Shown: positions 39,394 through 52,932, numbered from the stretch's first letter. The stretch: 64,000 nucleotides of DNA from Camelus dromedarius (GCF_036321535.1 NC_087438.1:6140001-6204000); one strand, 5' to 3'. Program-made: numbers and translations. Notes: generated by a model not told the origin, from the letters alone.

Positions 39394-39560
39394 AGGGGGG
39401 AGGAGGCATCTCACTCCTGGGGGCGGGGAGGAGAGCATCTCACTCCTGGGAGGGGAGGGGGAGGAGAGCATCTCACTCCTGGGAGGGGAGGGGGAGGAGG
39501 CATCTCACTCCTGGGGGCGGGGAGGAGAGCATCTCACTCCTGGGAGGGGAGGGGGAGGAC
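39394..39560 (+). repeat. G-rich minisatellite (VNTR), 29-33 bp units
   Basis: Core GCATCTCACTCCTGGG at 39406, 39435, 39468, 39500, 39529 separated by G/A-rich linkers. Confidence 0.95.
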
Positions 39561-40051
39561 AGCTTCCTGGGCACTAGGATGTGAAGGGGGAAGACTGGAC
39601 CCAGAGGGAGGGAAGGAGGTAGGTGGAGGCAGGACATATTCAGAAGGTAGAATGGCCAGGTGAGTTTGCTCCAGTGATAACAGCCAGGCTGCACTGTCAT
39701 CTCACTGTGTGGGGAAGGCAATAGTATGAGCAGGAGGAAATAGCATGAATCCTTTTAAAAAGAAACCATTCCTTGACTAATGGCTTTTAAAAATTATTTG
39801 CAAATATGATTTGAAATGTTTGTGTAACTCTATTTTTCTCATGAAAAAAATAGCAATATTCTAGTAATTTCTCAAAAAACAATAAAAGCAAAGTAGTGGG
39901 TGATGCTGAGTGATACTTGGCAATTATTCTACTCAATATTTTTGTTTCATTTATCCAAAAATTGAATTCTTATCATCGTAATTCTATTTTAATAATTTTT
40001 ATCAGTATCAGTTTTTGTGACTAGGTTTCAGCAGCACTATCATCCATGTTC

Positions 40052-40182
40052 GGCGGGGGAGGGTATGGCTCAGGGACAGAGTGTGTGCTTAGCATGCACG
40101 AGGTTCTGGGTTCAATCCCCAGTATCTCTATTAAAATAAATAAATAAATAAATCCAATGACCTCCCCCCTCCAAAAAAAAAA
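40052..40182 (+). mobile_element. tRNA-derived camelid-type SINE
   Basis: GGGGGAGGGTATGGCTCAG..GCTTAGCATGCACGAGGTTCTGGGTTCAATCCCCAGT, (TAAA)n, ACCTCCCCCC, A tail; CATGTTC repeated on both sides. Confidence 0.9.
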
Positions 40183-41985
40183 TCACACATGTTCATTTGC
40201 CACCTCTTCCCTAAAGTTTCACTGTAGATATTTTTATAGAGGCATTTATATGTTTGTTCTTTCAATATATAAAGTATTTAATAATTACTCACACTTCTAT
40301 TTGTATTTTTATCCTATTTTTAAAATTCGCTTTTATAGGAAGGGCATTGCAAGGAATGGCAGGTTTTCATTATCATTTTAAAAATAGGTGTGCATAAGGT
40401 GACATTTCTATGTAATTTTGATACTGGAATAATAGCATTGTGACTAGTTTGCCTAGGGAAGGAGTGAGGAAAGGGAATTTTTCACTATGGATATGCAAAT
40501 CTTACACATAAATCATACAGAATTTTACAATAAGCTAGCCAGCTAGCAGCCTCTGAGATAAATGTCTTCAGGCCTGAGTCATCCCCACGTTTGAGCTTGT
40601 TGTCTCCTCTGCATTATTAACAAGAACTCAGTCGCCCCTCCTCCAGCCTCGCGCTCGCGGTTCTCCCTTCCGCGGAGCCTGGCGGGGCGGAAGGGTGCAC
40701 GTTCTCTCGCCCGAGGTACTTAAGCTGTCTGTAATTCTTCATCTTCTCCGCGATCTTCTCACAGCAAATGTTTCCAGATACTCCTTCCTTTTCAACGTAT
40801 CCAGTGATTGATTCTTCCTGTAATGCATCTTTCATTCACCCAGGCACTCGTAAAAATAACATACAGTTTGCCCTACAGCATCAATAATAGAGCTACCATT
40901 GCTATTTGCTCTGACTGCCGATCAGCCGACTGGTAAGAAACACACTGATAGGAGCAGCAGCACAGAGTTTTGTATCAGCTGCATATGTCTTAAGATTTTG
41001 AAGTGTGACCAGAGCAGCAAATAATTAAGAATCAGTCGACTCCGTGGAGATTAGTGGAGATTTAGCAGGAGTTTCAGGAAGCGCCCTCGGGTGCAGGGAA
41101 GAATTTCCAAGAGTCAGTCCATGACTTTGTTGCTACATTTACCCTCCTGGAGGGGCAATCATGGGGAAGAGAGAACTGGAGAATAAATTATCTTGGCTAC
41201 TCTTAGATGTTTTCAGGTTGATCAGAACCAGCGAACCTTACCCACCTACTTAGGAGTAATGATGCTAAATGTATTTATCTTCCCTCTGAGTCCTTAAAAT
41301 TCATATGACTTCAAATACTGGGAGTAAAATTAGGGCGGGTTAAGTTGCCCTGATTCAGTAGACAATATTACCTTATCCAGGAAATAAATCTACTTCTGTT
41401 TCTTCTCATAGTTCTGACCACTCCAGTGAACAACATTATTATAAGGAGACACTGTGTGTAGTTTGTCTTCTACTAAAGAGAAAAATCTATTAAAAATACA
41501 AATTAAAGCTATAAACATTCTTTACATCATTCTAGAAAATCGTCTCTCATTTCTATGTTATCCACTTGGCAATGCTGGGAGGAAGGTAGAATGGTTACTG
41601 GCTGTATTTCACAGATGAAAACGATCAGACAGGGACATTGTGTAATTTCCTAAAGGACTGGAAGCTTGGAAGTGGGAGAAGTAGATTCAAGCCAAGATGT
41701 CCAGGCTTTTCCCCCCAATAACCTGAACCTCCTCACTGCTCCTCGTTGTCCACTGGCTCACAGTGCACTGGGACAGGGGATTCATGTAAATTCTATTGGT
41801 TTAGAGATAAAGGTACATGACAGTCACAAACTTATTTAAATAATATTAGTACCTATTTTCATTATGTTACTTTGTGTTGACTAGGTTTCCAAACAAGTTA
41901 TCCGTGGATTTGCTCTCTTCTGATAATTGTAGACTAGTTTGCTACAATCCAACCCTCCCACCAAAAACAACTAGAAATTCCCTAG

Positions 41986-42191
41986 CAGTGCTTCTCAACC
42001 AGGGATGGCTTTGCCTCCCAGAAGATACAAGGTTCCATGGACATCTGTGGTGGTCTCAAGTGGGGGGAGGGGGGTTACTGCTGGTGTGAACTGGGCAGCA
42101 GCCAGGGATACTGTTAAACATTATACACTGCAAATAGCCCCCAACAACAAAGAAGTTTTCAGCCCAAAATGTCAATAGGTTGAGAAGCTTG
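41986..42191 (+). mobile_element. MER20 (hAT-Charlie MITE)
   Basis: CAGTGCTTCTCAACCAGGG...CAGCCCAAAATGTCAATAG.GTTGAGAAGCTTG with TIR-like ends. Confidence 0.85.
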
Positions 42192-42234
42192 CGCTACAGT
42201 ATCCACTAAAGATTGATTAGAGGGAAAAAAAAAA

Positions 42235-42780
42235 CCTGAAGATATACGTGTCCTGTCACCTGACAAGTTTACACCTAGACGTACATCCAACCGATATTTT
42301 TACATCAGTGCGTGAAGAGACATATACAATAATGTTATAGCAGCACCGTTTGTAATAGATAAAGGAAATCTGCAAACAACTCAAGTGGTTATCAACAGCA
42401 GAATATCTAAAGTGTGATTCATTCATTCATGCAGTGGAAAACCATACAGTAATGAGAATAAACACAGGCAATAGGAAGGAATCTCATAAACACATGAAGC
42501 AAATCACAATAGAATAGAGACTTCATGATTTTGCTTATAAAATTTGTGAAGATGATTAAAGCCTAGCTATGATATGTGAAGGAAAGATGGCATTTTCTAA
42601 CTCAGGGAAAAGAGTTAGTGACAGGGAAGGGCAGAGGGGAGCCTCTGGTGTGCTGGAAATGCTCTGTTTCTTGATCTGGGTGTTTACATGGGTGGGTTCA
42701 CTTTGTGATAATTCATTAAGTTGAACATCTGTGATTTCTGCCCTTCCTGTACATATGGTATACTCCAAGAAAGAAAGAAT
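42235..42780 (+). mobile_element. L1MD/ME 3' end
   Basis: AATGTTATAGCAGCACCGTTTGTAATAG..GTGCTGGAAATGCTCTGTTTCTTGATCTGGGTG. Confidence 0.75.
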
Positions 42781-45700
42781 AAGAGAAAGAAAAAAAGGAA
42801 GGAAGGAAAGAAGGAAAGATTTCTTTAAAACCAGCAAGTAATTATAACCTGTGGCTCCCAATTCCCAGAGTAATTTACAATGCCCTTTTCCAAAAGGCAA
42901 CAGTGCTTTGTGCTGGGCTGGAAACCCAACTGAAACAAAATACCTGCTTTTGCTAACTCCTGCTGGCAGGTTTGCCTGTGCTTTCCCAATGTTGATATGT
43001 TGCTTTTTTACTGAGGTGCTGGAGGGAAGAAGCAAGAGGATGAACAGGAAGCGCGTGGACCACATGGGACTGTATGAGAGTGAGCCTTACAGAGGGAACC
43101 GCCCGCCTGACTGGCCTGGCGCTGTGTTTATAAAGCCATTAAGTCAGAATCCATCTGCTAAGTTAAGTAAAATGCCTCAAATTACATTTATGAATCAGAA
43201 GAGTATTACTTACATTTATAACAATATCAGCATTCTTTGCTTATAAATTTACTTCCCCTGGAACATTATCCAAAACGTAAGACTCAGTTGAAATGAGTTT
43301 ACAGCTCATTAGCAGCTGTATTAAAATATCAGAAATCGACCATCAGGATTTCTCTAGTAAAATATAAAATGGAGAATACACACAGGTTCCAGTATTTCTC
43401 ACTAGAATATTATGAGTAATACTTTTGTAAAGTTAGCTTTTCCTTATTCTTTGAACATTCTTCTCTCTGCCAATTTTTTTTTAATATAGAATGATGTGGA
43501 ATAAAAAGGACTGAAAAGTTTTTCCTCCAAATCATTAGTAGGGACTGAACAATTATCATCGTGCATATGTTCTTTTGTTCCTTTTTATTTTTTTTTTTTT
43601 TGTTGTTGTTGTTGTTCTCTTATCTATTTGCCTTATGAAACCCCTGGGCTATATGAGTTAGGATAGAAATGAAACCACCAGATTCTTACAAAAATAGTAA
43701 GTGGGAAAAGGTTTAACCAGGAGACACAGAAGCTACATCATATTCAGAGGGGAGTTTCTTTCTATCTTCATTCAAAATCATCACTAAGACTCTGTGAACT
43801 TAAATAAAGGGTTTATTTCATAGTGAAGATAGCAAATATGCAGGAGAAGGTATCTTTAGATTAAAATAAACATCCCAGAATGGAATGAAAATGTATTCCC
43901 TTCCATTTGAGTCTCTAAACTATAACCAATTGACTTTTCTATTCTCTGTGAATTATTTTAAATATTTTCTCTTCTCCTAAAACTCCACTTACACAGAAGC
44001 TCTTCTTTATAGCATCTCTGGGAATTTAACCATTACCTGATCTGTATCAGATTTTCGCCACAAATTCCACACAGACTTGCTTTCATCTGTATTCATCGTT
44101 TCTCTCTTCCCTCCTGTCATTGGGAGCAGGTGCTCCTGAATTAAGCCAAGCTCTTCTCCGGACACCCTGTGGACTCGTCCACACAGCCACTTCCGCAGTT
44201 CTCAGCAGCCCTGGTCTAGCAGTTGTCTTCTTTATGCTCTGTAATCAACCTCACCTTTTTTAATCTCCTCATCCACATTTTAAATCCTCAAGAATCTCCT
44301 ATCCTAAAGAAATGCCTCTCATTTCCCACCAAAAACTTCCTGAAAATTTGCTACGTGTTCTCTCCACCTCTTCGTAACTACTTGCCGACTCAGTCATAAC
44401 TCTCATTTCTCCCAACACACTGTTCAAACTCCTGTACGTGAGGTCCTAGTGGCTCCATGTAGCTGTGCCCAGGGCAAGTTGCCTCTCTCCTCCCTCCCTA
44501 AACTGGATTTTTCTTTCCCAGTCGCACCACGTTCTACCCAGTTGTTGGAGCCAGAAGCCTAGCAAGGAGCGCCACTGAGATGGGAGTAAACACCACCTTC
44601 CTGATCCGCCACCTACTCTTTGTGGGATTCTGCTGTGTTTCACAGAAGAGGTACATCCCAAAAGTATTTTTAAAGCTTTTTGAATATTTTGGCAAGTATC
44701 CTTGAACATGTTGTGACAGTTTATAATTCTACTAGCAATGAAAAAAAGGGCTGGGTTTGACAGCATTGGGATATTTACATTCTTGTTTTGTTTTGGCCAA
44801 CATGGCGAGTGAGAAGTGGTGTCTTATATTTTTGAATCCCAGTAAGGCTGGAATCTTTCTACACATAGCTATTGGCCCTTTGTTTATATGGGGGCTTGCA
44901 TTTTTATCCTTGGTTCATTTCCTTAGTATCATGTCAACTTCTTGCTGATTCGTAAACACTCTAAAAATTGATATGATTCGTTTGAATAAGTTTTTTTAAC
45001 CAATAAATATAACCAAATTATACATTATTTTAAGTCTATATATGTATATAGAATATACTCAAATAAAATTAGTTCAGAGTATGGAAGAAAATCACAAAAC
45101 TGTCATTAATAAAATATTGGCGTCGTGGTAGACCTAGGTTTGGGGCTGGGTAGAGTAATGGGGCCAGTGAATTACATCTTACTCAGACTGAAGAAAAACC
45201 TTGAGTGTTTTACTATTTCATTCTAGGACAGACACTATATTGCTTCTCAGTGAAGCTCAGAGTTATCGATTTCAGTCAGTCTTCAAGGCAAGGAGAGTGT
45301 AGTCTTACTTTATAGTGAACCATGAGGCGCCCCCAATCTCTCCCACTTGGGTGGATCTGACACTTTGATGAGTGTCCCTCAGCTCCTCCTGGGCTGGGTC
45401 AGGGGTAATATTGGATGGCGGAGGGTAGGGGGCAGAAATGAGCAGAACGGCTGTCCCGTCCGTTCCCAAAGTCCATGAGGATCAAACAGTTACTGTTTCT
45501 TTACAATTATGTAACCTAAGTGCTGAAGAACAATGACAGGCAGAAATCCGGGCTAAGCGAGGGACTGTTTTCAGCTCTCATCAGATGGCCGCTCCTGGGC
45601 TGCCCTCACCCCGGCTTTCTCCATCCCTTACCTGGAAGATGCAGCCAACCTTCCCAGCCTCCCTGCCTGCAATGCTCCTTCCCAGCCCGAGTTATACACA

Positions 45701-45862
45701 GTCATCCGATAAGTCTCCCCAAACCTTGACCTTGGCAATGTCAGTCACTCCAGGCTCTAAAGAATAAGAGAATGTTTAGGATACTTAGCTCAATGTCTGG
45801 CAGTTACAGTACGAAGAAAGTATTTCATTCCTTTTCCAAACTTTTAAAGATAATAATAATTC

Positions 45863-46273
45863 TTTTTTTGTTTCATTCACTAGTTTGTTGTATTTTTTAG
45901 ATTCCACGTATAGGTGGTATCATACAGTATTTGTCTTTCTCTGACTTATTTCTCTTATAATGCTCTTCTGAGTCCATCCATGTTGCTGAAAATGGCAATT
46001 CATGGTTTTTTATGGCCAAGTAGTGTTCCATTGAGTATATATATACGCTAATCTTCTCTATCTACTTATCTGTTGATGGACACTTAAGTTGCTTCCAGAC
46101 TCACAGACGTAGAGAACAAACTAGTGGTGGCCAATTGGGAGGGGGAGGGGGAGGGGAAATACACAGGTAGGGAAAAATATTATTATGGGATTATATGAAA
46201 TCATGTTTGTGAAACTTTTGAATATAGCAAAGCACTATAGAATTTAAAGAATCTTTCTTGCAATATAAAATGT
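45863..46273 (+). mobile_element. 5'-inverted (twin-primed) L1 3' fragment
   Basis: Antisense L1 45863-46097 joined to sense 3'UTR 46096-46273; 16-bp TSD AAGATA(A/G)TAATAATTC at 45847-45862 and 46274-46289. Confidence 0.85.
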
Positions 46274-48389
46274 AAGATAGTAATAATTCAAGAAATCCAC
46301 TCTTTACAGATACAGCATAAACATCCCAGCACCAACTGACAGCCCTCCATCCCCAGATGTATACACACAAGACCCTCTGTGCCCCTCCTCATCCTCCCAT
46401 AAAGGACCTGAGAACCCAGCTCAGCCGCGCTGCCTTCTGTATTTCCTCGGGGTCCTGGCTTTTCACTGGGACCCCCCTTCTGACTCAGGCTGGAAAAACC
46501 CTGTCTGCCTGTTGTCCAATGTCCTGGAGGCAGTTTTTCCTCCAGCCCAAACACCTCCGAAAACCTTGATCTCCCAGAGCAGGTGTGATGAACGGCACAG
46601 CATCCCAGAGCCTCAGAAAGTTCTGCGTCCTGGCAATCCTGACCCCTGGGTCAGAATTTTAACAACATCAGGAGGCCACTCAGTTCTCCGTAAAGTCTGA
46701 AAGCTCTGGTATGACCTCCACGTGTTACCACCCGCAACATGCACTGTGTGTTGTGTTAGTTGACAAAAGGCAGCCCTCGGGCTCTCCTCCCTTTGTCCCT
46801 GGGCTCTCCAGGCATTGGCAGTGATCATAAATCCGCTGGGCCCAAACTCCCAGCCCTCAGCCTTCTGGCTGACAGGTCTCAGGCCCGCCTCCCTGTCTCA
46901 CCTGGAGCCGCTGCTAAGGCAGGGCTGGACCCGCCTGCTGGTAGCTGGATTCTGTCCCCTCCCACCTGGAGCTCAAGGTTCTGCCTTACTGCAGAGTCTG
47001 TGGCTTGGTCTCTACTCAGCCACACCTGGCCCTGGCTTGACAGCCCCAGGGCTCACCACTCTCCAGATGCCAAGTAAATGCTCACTTCATCTGGGTCTCC
47101 CCCTGGGGGAGGGGTCCCACCCACAGAGTTTCTCAGACTCCTGGAGAGAATGGGGTTTCCTGGGACCATCTCATTTCACTGGGCACTGTCTGTGTTGGCG
47201 GGAGGGATGCATCCTGGAGAATCAGAAACTCCAGAGCACCTTCTCTCTGAGACTCCTTCCTGTTCCAGACAATGCAAATAGGAAACCCAGTAGGAGCAAC
47301 TGGAAAATCTAAGCTTATATTTGGGATTATGATCTGCTCAAGATAGCTGGTTTTCGTGAGGCAAACACCACCTGTAATTTGTTGGGATCTGCAATATTTG
47401 TTCCAAATCCCTCAAATACTGATTGGGTTTGTAATTCCAAGGGGAAAAAAAGGAGAGAAAAAAAATCCCCCACTTTGCTGCTCTATATTCTAACCCCTCA
47501 ACCCTCATACATGATTCTTATATTTTAAAAAAAAAAAGGAGGCAAGTTTGAATGAAAAGGAAAGGCCAAATGGCAAGTGATCATTCACATCTGATACATG
47601 TTGTTTCGGTAAATGGCACCACATTGCTTAATGGTAACCGGTAAAAATTGCTTAAATCATTCGAATACAGAAGGCACTCTGATTAGTTCCTATGTGATTG
47701 CAGCTCACAGAACACTGATAAAAGATCTGGTTGATGAGTTAAGCTATTAAACATTTATAACAGTTTAGATTCATATAGATCAATTGATATCGACTTTCTC
47801 ATGAAGTCTGATTATCTAGATCAAATTGAGGAAGAAATTTTGTAATGATGTCAAAGGCGATCATTGCCAAAATGGGTAATTCAGGTAAAGATGGCCTCAT
47901 TTCGTGCCTTAATTATCAGTGTTCACTGGCCCTTGCAATTTTCCATTAGGATGACAAAATAGAAAATCGTTCAATCTAGCCACTTGGCAATAAAAATAAC
48001 TGCTAAAAACGCTAGTTCAGCCAGATGTTGCCATGGCATTTCTTCTTTAATTTTGAAGCAAAGTTTACTAATTTCTTCCAACATCTCTTTCCTTTTTACC
48101 AAGCTTGTAATCATAATAACCAGTAAAACATGTCGAGACTATTGTATTGATTTAAAATAAGATGAGTATCTGTCTGAATGGGTGTGTGTGTGTGTGGAAT
48201 ATGAAACGTTAAATGCAACTGGGGTGAGTTCAAGGTAAAACAAGTAAACAGTGAACCCATATAGTTATCTAGCTCTGTGTTTCTTCCCATGTTATCTTTT
48301 GAGAGATGCCTGTGGTCACATTTGGTTGCTGACTTTCTTGGCGATTAAGATGTCTGGAATTCCTTTTCCCCAGATCATTTTGTAACTTG

Positions 48390-48900
48390 TATCAGAGTTT
48401 CCTTCAACTACAAGTAATACAAAATTGAATAAAGAGACCTAACTAACTTCATGTTTCTCCGCAGGCACCAGAGGGGTAGAGGGATACATGCTGGATGGGA
48501 AGAGCATCTCCAGACTGAACCTCAGAATCAGGTTCCTCCTATCTTCCTGTTCTGCCATCCTTAACATCTGACTTGCATTCTCATGTTCACATAATGGTTG
48601 CGGTGCCTCTATGCATCACATTTGTATTCCAGGCAGCAAAAAGGAAAGAGCAATAGGGCAAAAAGAGTGTGCCAGCTGAGTCTGACGCTTTTTATCAAAA
48701 AAAGTAACTTCTCCAGAAGCCCCATACCCAAATTTGGATTATTTCTTATTAGACGAACTATATTACATTGTCACCTTTAGCTAGAAAGGAGCCTGGAAAA
48801 TTGGTATTTTTAACCAGACACGTGGCTGCCCAAACAACATAGTTTCCTTAGAAATGGAAGAAGAGGGGTAATAAATGTGAGTAGACTGATTACAGTGTCT
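48390..48900 (-). mobile_element. Old MLT1 (K/L-like) LTR
   Basis: TTCTGCCATCCTTAACAT..ATGGTTGC..CATCACAT..TTCCAGGCAGCAA..GCTAGAAAGGAGCCTGGAAAATT. Confidence 0.6.
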
Positions 48901-49868
48901 TCTATATTTCATGTTGTTATACATTTTAGATGTAATAATTAACACTGGATATGAGTTAGGAATATGTAAAACTCATAATATTTGTGGTCTGAGACGAGGG
49001 AGCTGTGGTTCAGAAGGGAACACCTGCATTCTCTCCCACCACGACTACGACAATGGTGCCCTGAGAGGAGCACTCCCCTCCCCGCTGAGCTCACTGCGAA
49101 GCCCTCTCCCTCATTCCCATCCCTCTGCAACACTGAGCTCTGCTTCCTCAGTACATCCTTCCCCACAGTCACTTTGAAATACAGCCAATATACTCTCTCT
49201 TTAAAATATCCATTTTAAAATCGTTATAATTTCTGGAACTCACTGGCCTTATTTCATGATGACAAGATTTATATGATGTATATAGTCCATATTCCACATG
49301 CACATGGCCAGACTTATTCTTTGGAAAATAATTTAGTAGCAAAAACTGAGGACAAGTAAATTTATGCACCTAGAATAGATACGGAGTTCTTTTATTCCTT
49401 GACTAATTTTCCAAAATTATTGTCCTTCTGCTACAGATTTTTAAATCTGACTAAATAAAGGAAAGCTTAAATTCCTCTTAATCGTCTTAGAGCTACCCCT
49501 ATGTCCCATAACTTCTCTTTCTGAGCAGGACTTTATCTCCCCTGACCAGACTTCCCTCTGCCGGCACTTAGCATCTCCCAAATCCATAAGTAGCTAATTT
49601 ACAGGCTGGTTTTTTTTTTTTTTTTTTTTCCCCACTCCTACCTAGTTCTGTGCCAGATTGTTAAGAACCATTAAATAAATTACTGGTGAAAATACCAACC
49701 TTACTTCAACACTCTTAGAACCAAAAGCACATTTGTTGATCTGTTTTGTTTTGTTTTCTCCTGTTTTCCTCTGGGCTTCAAGAAGAAGAGGGTTGTGTAT
49801 CAGATTCAGTGATAACCAGACTGGGCTTAGACTTTCCCACAGGGGGAATTCATGTGGGTTGTTAGGGG

Positions 49869-50124
49869 TCACAGAGATTGCGTTTGAGTTGAAATATCAC
49901 TTTGATGTAGATGAAAGCAATCACATTCAGAACAGACGGAGCCACACTCAGAGCATCGCCTGAAACGCGTGTGCTGGATTTCATCTGCACTGGACACTTG
50001 AGGAATCCCAGTGAGCCCTTGTGAATTTTCAGTTGCGGGTCTGCCAACAACTGTGGCCGTAAAGACACGGTTCTGGAGTCTCCAGCAATTATCTTTGGAG
50101 AAGAAAGCGGAACCCATGAGATTC
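49869..50124 (-). other. Candidate exon D carrying an 82-aa ORF; true 3' boundary unknown
   Basis: Acceptor tctttttctatgccttag|GAATC; repeat-free, balanced composition. Confidence 0.3.
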
Positions 50125-51211
50125 CTAAGGCATAGAAAAAGATACTCTATTTTTTACATAAAAAATGGCCAAAAGGCAAACCTTCAAAATATCTAGACAT
50201 AGATAGTCAAACACATAAAAGGACTGGAATGAACTGCCAGAGAATCTATCTGCACGCACTTTCATAATCATAAAGGATTCAGTCCAGAAATCCACGGAGA
50301 TTTGTGAGGAATTTATTCGAGAAGCCCAGGCCAGCTTACTCCAGCTATTATGACAAGACTGAAAGATCGGGGGAGGCGGCAGATAGGACCAGTCTGCTGC
50401 CGAAGCCATTAGTCCCTCCTGTGGCTCGCTCTCAGACAGCAACTTAGAAAGTTCAGTCCTTAAGCTCTTAGAAGAGAAATGCAAATCCTCTGTAAGGTTA
50501 TCCAGCACGGCTAGCCAGAAAGCTGGGGATGCAACCAGACAGAATTGTCATCCACTATTTGCTAAGAAAATCAACACCGGGCAAACTAAAATAAACTTAA
50601 GAAGAGGCTCTCAATACGGCTGTAATAAAAATTAAGCAACATAGAAAACATAAATTGTACAGTATTAATATAACCCTGTTAGAACTTTGCCTTCTGGGAC
50701 CTTAATTACTTAGTCATCTTCACTCATCTTGTATTTTATTCAATAATCCAACAATATTGTTAATTTTTATTATTATCGATAATTGAAGGAACACTATTAT
50801 GTACATGCAGTTTCACATGTAACTGAACCCCTGTAATGATGCCGTCACAGTTTCTGGTTTTACAGTGGAAGGATCAGTTCACGTGAAGTGCCCAAAACGC
50901 ACACGTGAGTGGTGGGGGCAGTGATCCGAGTCAGGTGGTCTGACCTCAGAGCCAAGCTCTGCACATCTATGCAACCCTGCCTCCCAAATTCCCACTTATT
51001 AGCAGGGATTTAAACATTGAGAGGGATCTTGAAACCAAGGTCACTAATTCCACCCCTGCTGGGGGCTTGACCTGTGTAGTTATAGAAAATCCTTTGTCTG
51101 AGAGCACTTTTGTCTCAAGATGTTTCAATCAACTTTTGTAGCAGGTGCTTAAGCTAAATGCCCACAAGGCCAGGCAGGTAACCTGAATGTGTGATTTCTC
51201 TGAATATAAGA

Positions 51212-52050
51212 AGATACATTTGCAAATATCTTCTCCCATTGGGTAGGCTGTCTTTTGTTTTGTTGACAGTTTCCTTTGTTGTGCAGAAGTTTTCAGTTTG
51301 ATGTAATCCCATTTGTTGATGGTTTTTGCCTTTGTCTCCCTTGCCGGAGGAGACATATCTAGAAAGATAATGCTAAGACTAATGTCAAAGAACAAGCTGG
51401 CTACATTATCTTCTAAGCATTTTATGGTTTCTGGTCTTACGTTCAAGTCTTTAGACCATTTGAGTCAGTTTGTGTGTATCTTGTGAGACAGTGGTCTAGT
51501 TTCATTTTTTTTGCGTGTGGGTGTCCAGCTTTTCCAAAACCATTTATTGAAAAGGCTATTATTTCTCCAAAGAATGTTTTGTTCTTTTGTCATAAGTTAA
51601 TTGTCCAGATATATGAGCGTTTATTTCTGGGATAAAGAAGATGCGGCATATTTATGCAACGGAATACTACTCATTCATACACAAAGATGAAATGCCATTT
51701 GCAACAACGTGGTTGGAACTTGAGGGCGTTGTGCTAAGTGAAATAAGTCAGAGGGAGAGAGACAAATACCATATGATTTCACTCATTCGTGGAATATAAA
51801 AAACTAATAAACAAAGAAAAAAAGCGAAGTAAATGAACAAACCAAACAAAAACAAACATACAGATACAGAAAACACAGTAGTGGTTACTAGAGGGGGACA
51901 GGTGAGGGGAATGAAATGGTTAAAGGGGATCAACTGTCTGGTGACAGAAAATAAAATTTTGGTGGTGAGCACATTGTAAGGTTTACAAAATTAGAAATAT
52001 AATATTGAACACATGAAACATATAATGTTATATATCAATGCTACCATAAA
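51212..52050 (+). mobile_element. L1 with inverted 5' segment (antisense ORF2 51212-51630, sense 3' end 51629-52050)
   Basis: Minus ORF 51129-51446 (NVRPETIK.LE..KAK.INKWDYIKLK) abuts sense GGATAAAGAAGATG..TTTGCAACAACGTGG; followed by (TACA)n/(CA)n. Confidence 0.85.
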
Positions 52051-52115
52051 TTAATACATACAAACATACATACACACATACATACATACACAGGAATGAA
52101 GAGGCCTGTATCTAA

Positions 52116-52146
<31 letters not shown>

Positions 52147-52766
52147 CGTACTACCTCAGGCATTCAAACTCGCTTTTTTAACACACTGTGCTGACCAAAG
52201 GAAAGCCCTCCACAATCCAGATTGCACTTGTGAACAAAGATTTGTGACCCTCTTTCTGACGTCAGCAAGAAAACCAAGTGTGAAAAGTGCTCATTTAAAA
52301 CTTTGCTCAAAGCACAATTAGTGAAGAAGATTCGGACTTTGAGGTAAATTGGTGAATGTTGGGAATAAGTAAGCTGTAAATGGATATTCTTTCACAGGAT
52401 TGAACTATTGGAATGAAGTAATAAAATTGGGCTATTATACTAAGCAGGGTGGAATAAAAATTGGACCATATTAATTTTCAACTTAAATGCATTTTTAATG
52501 CTATTGCTGTTAAATATGAACAGCAACTTTAACTATTCTTAAGGTCTTTTCTTCTTATCTGATGTGAACAATCTGCAGTTGTTACAAAGGAAAAACTAGG
52601 GAGGTCAAAATGGAATATCCAACTCATGCAAACTATTTGAGCATTTGAATCTATTCTGTAGCATGTTTACTGAGAAAGATAAGGTTCTGCATTTCCATAA
52701 TTCATCTTTGCCTAAATTGTAAAATATTCTGGTGACGAGTCAAAAATGACCGAGAATTATACTTAC

Positions 52767-52932
52767 CAGTGCTGGAGAACATTGAGGTACAATGTGAATG
52801 TAAGCTTGCAATTGGAATGTAGCATAATCACCAAGGTACTTCACCACCCATGTTGTAACTACCCATTGGAATTACTGTCTTGAAGGATTTCCTTTTAGAT
52901 TTGGACTTTAGTCGCCTCTGGTTGTCTAAACC
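52767..52932 (-). ncRNA. Candidate exon C (166 nt)
   Basis: Donor CTG|gtaagt is consensus; acceptor gttttactgatgtag| is weak. Confidence 0.3.

Noticed and set aside
39394..39560. CRISPR-like repeat-spacer array
   Set aside because: Linkers are short, near-identical G/A runs rather than unique spacers; mammalian DNA with no cas genes
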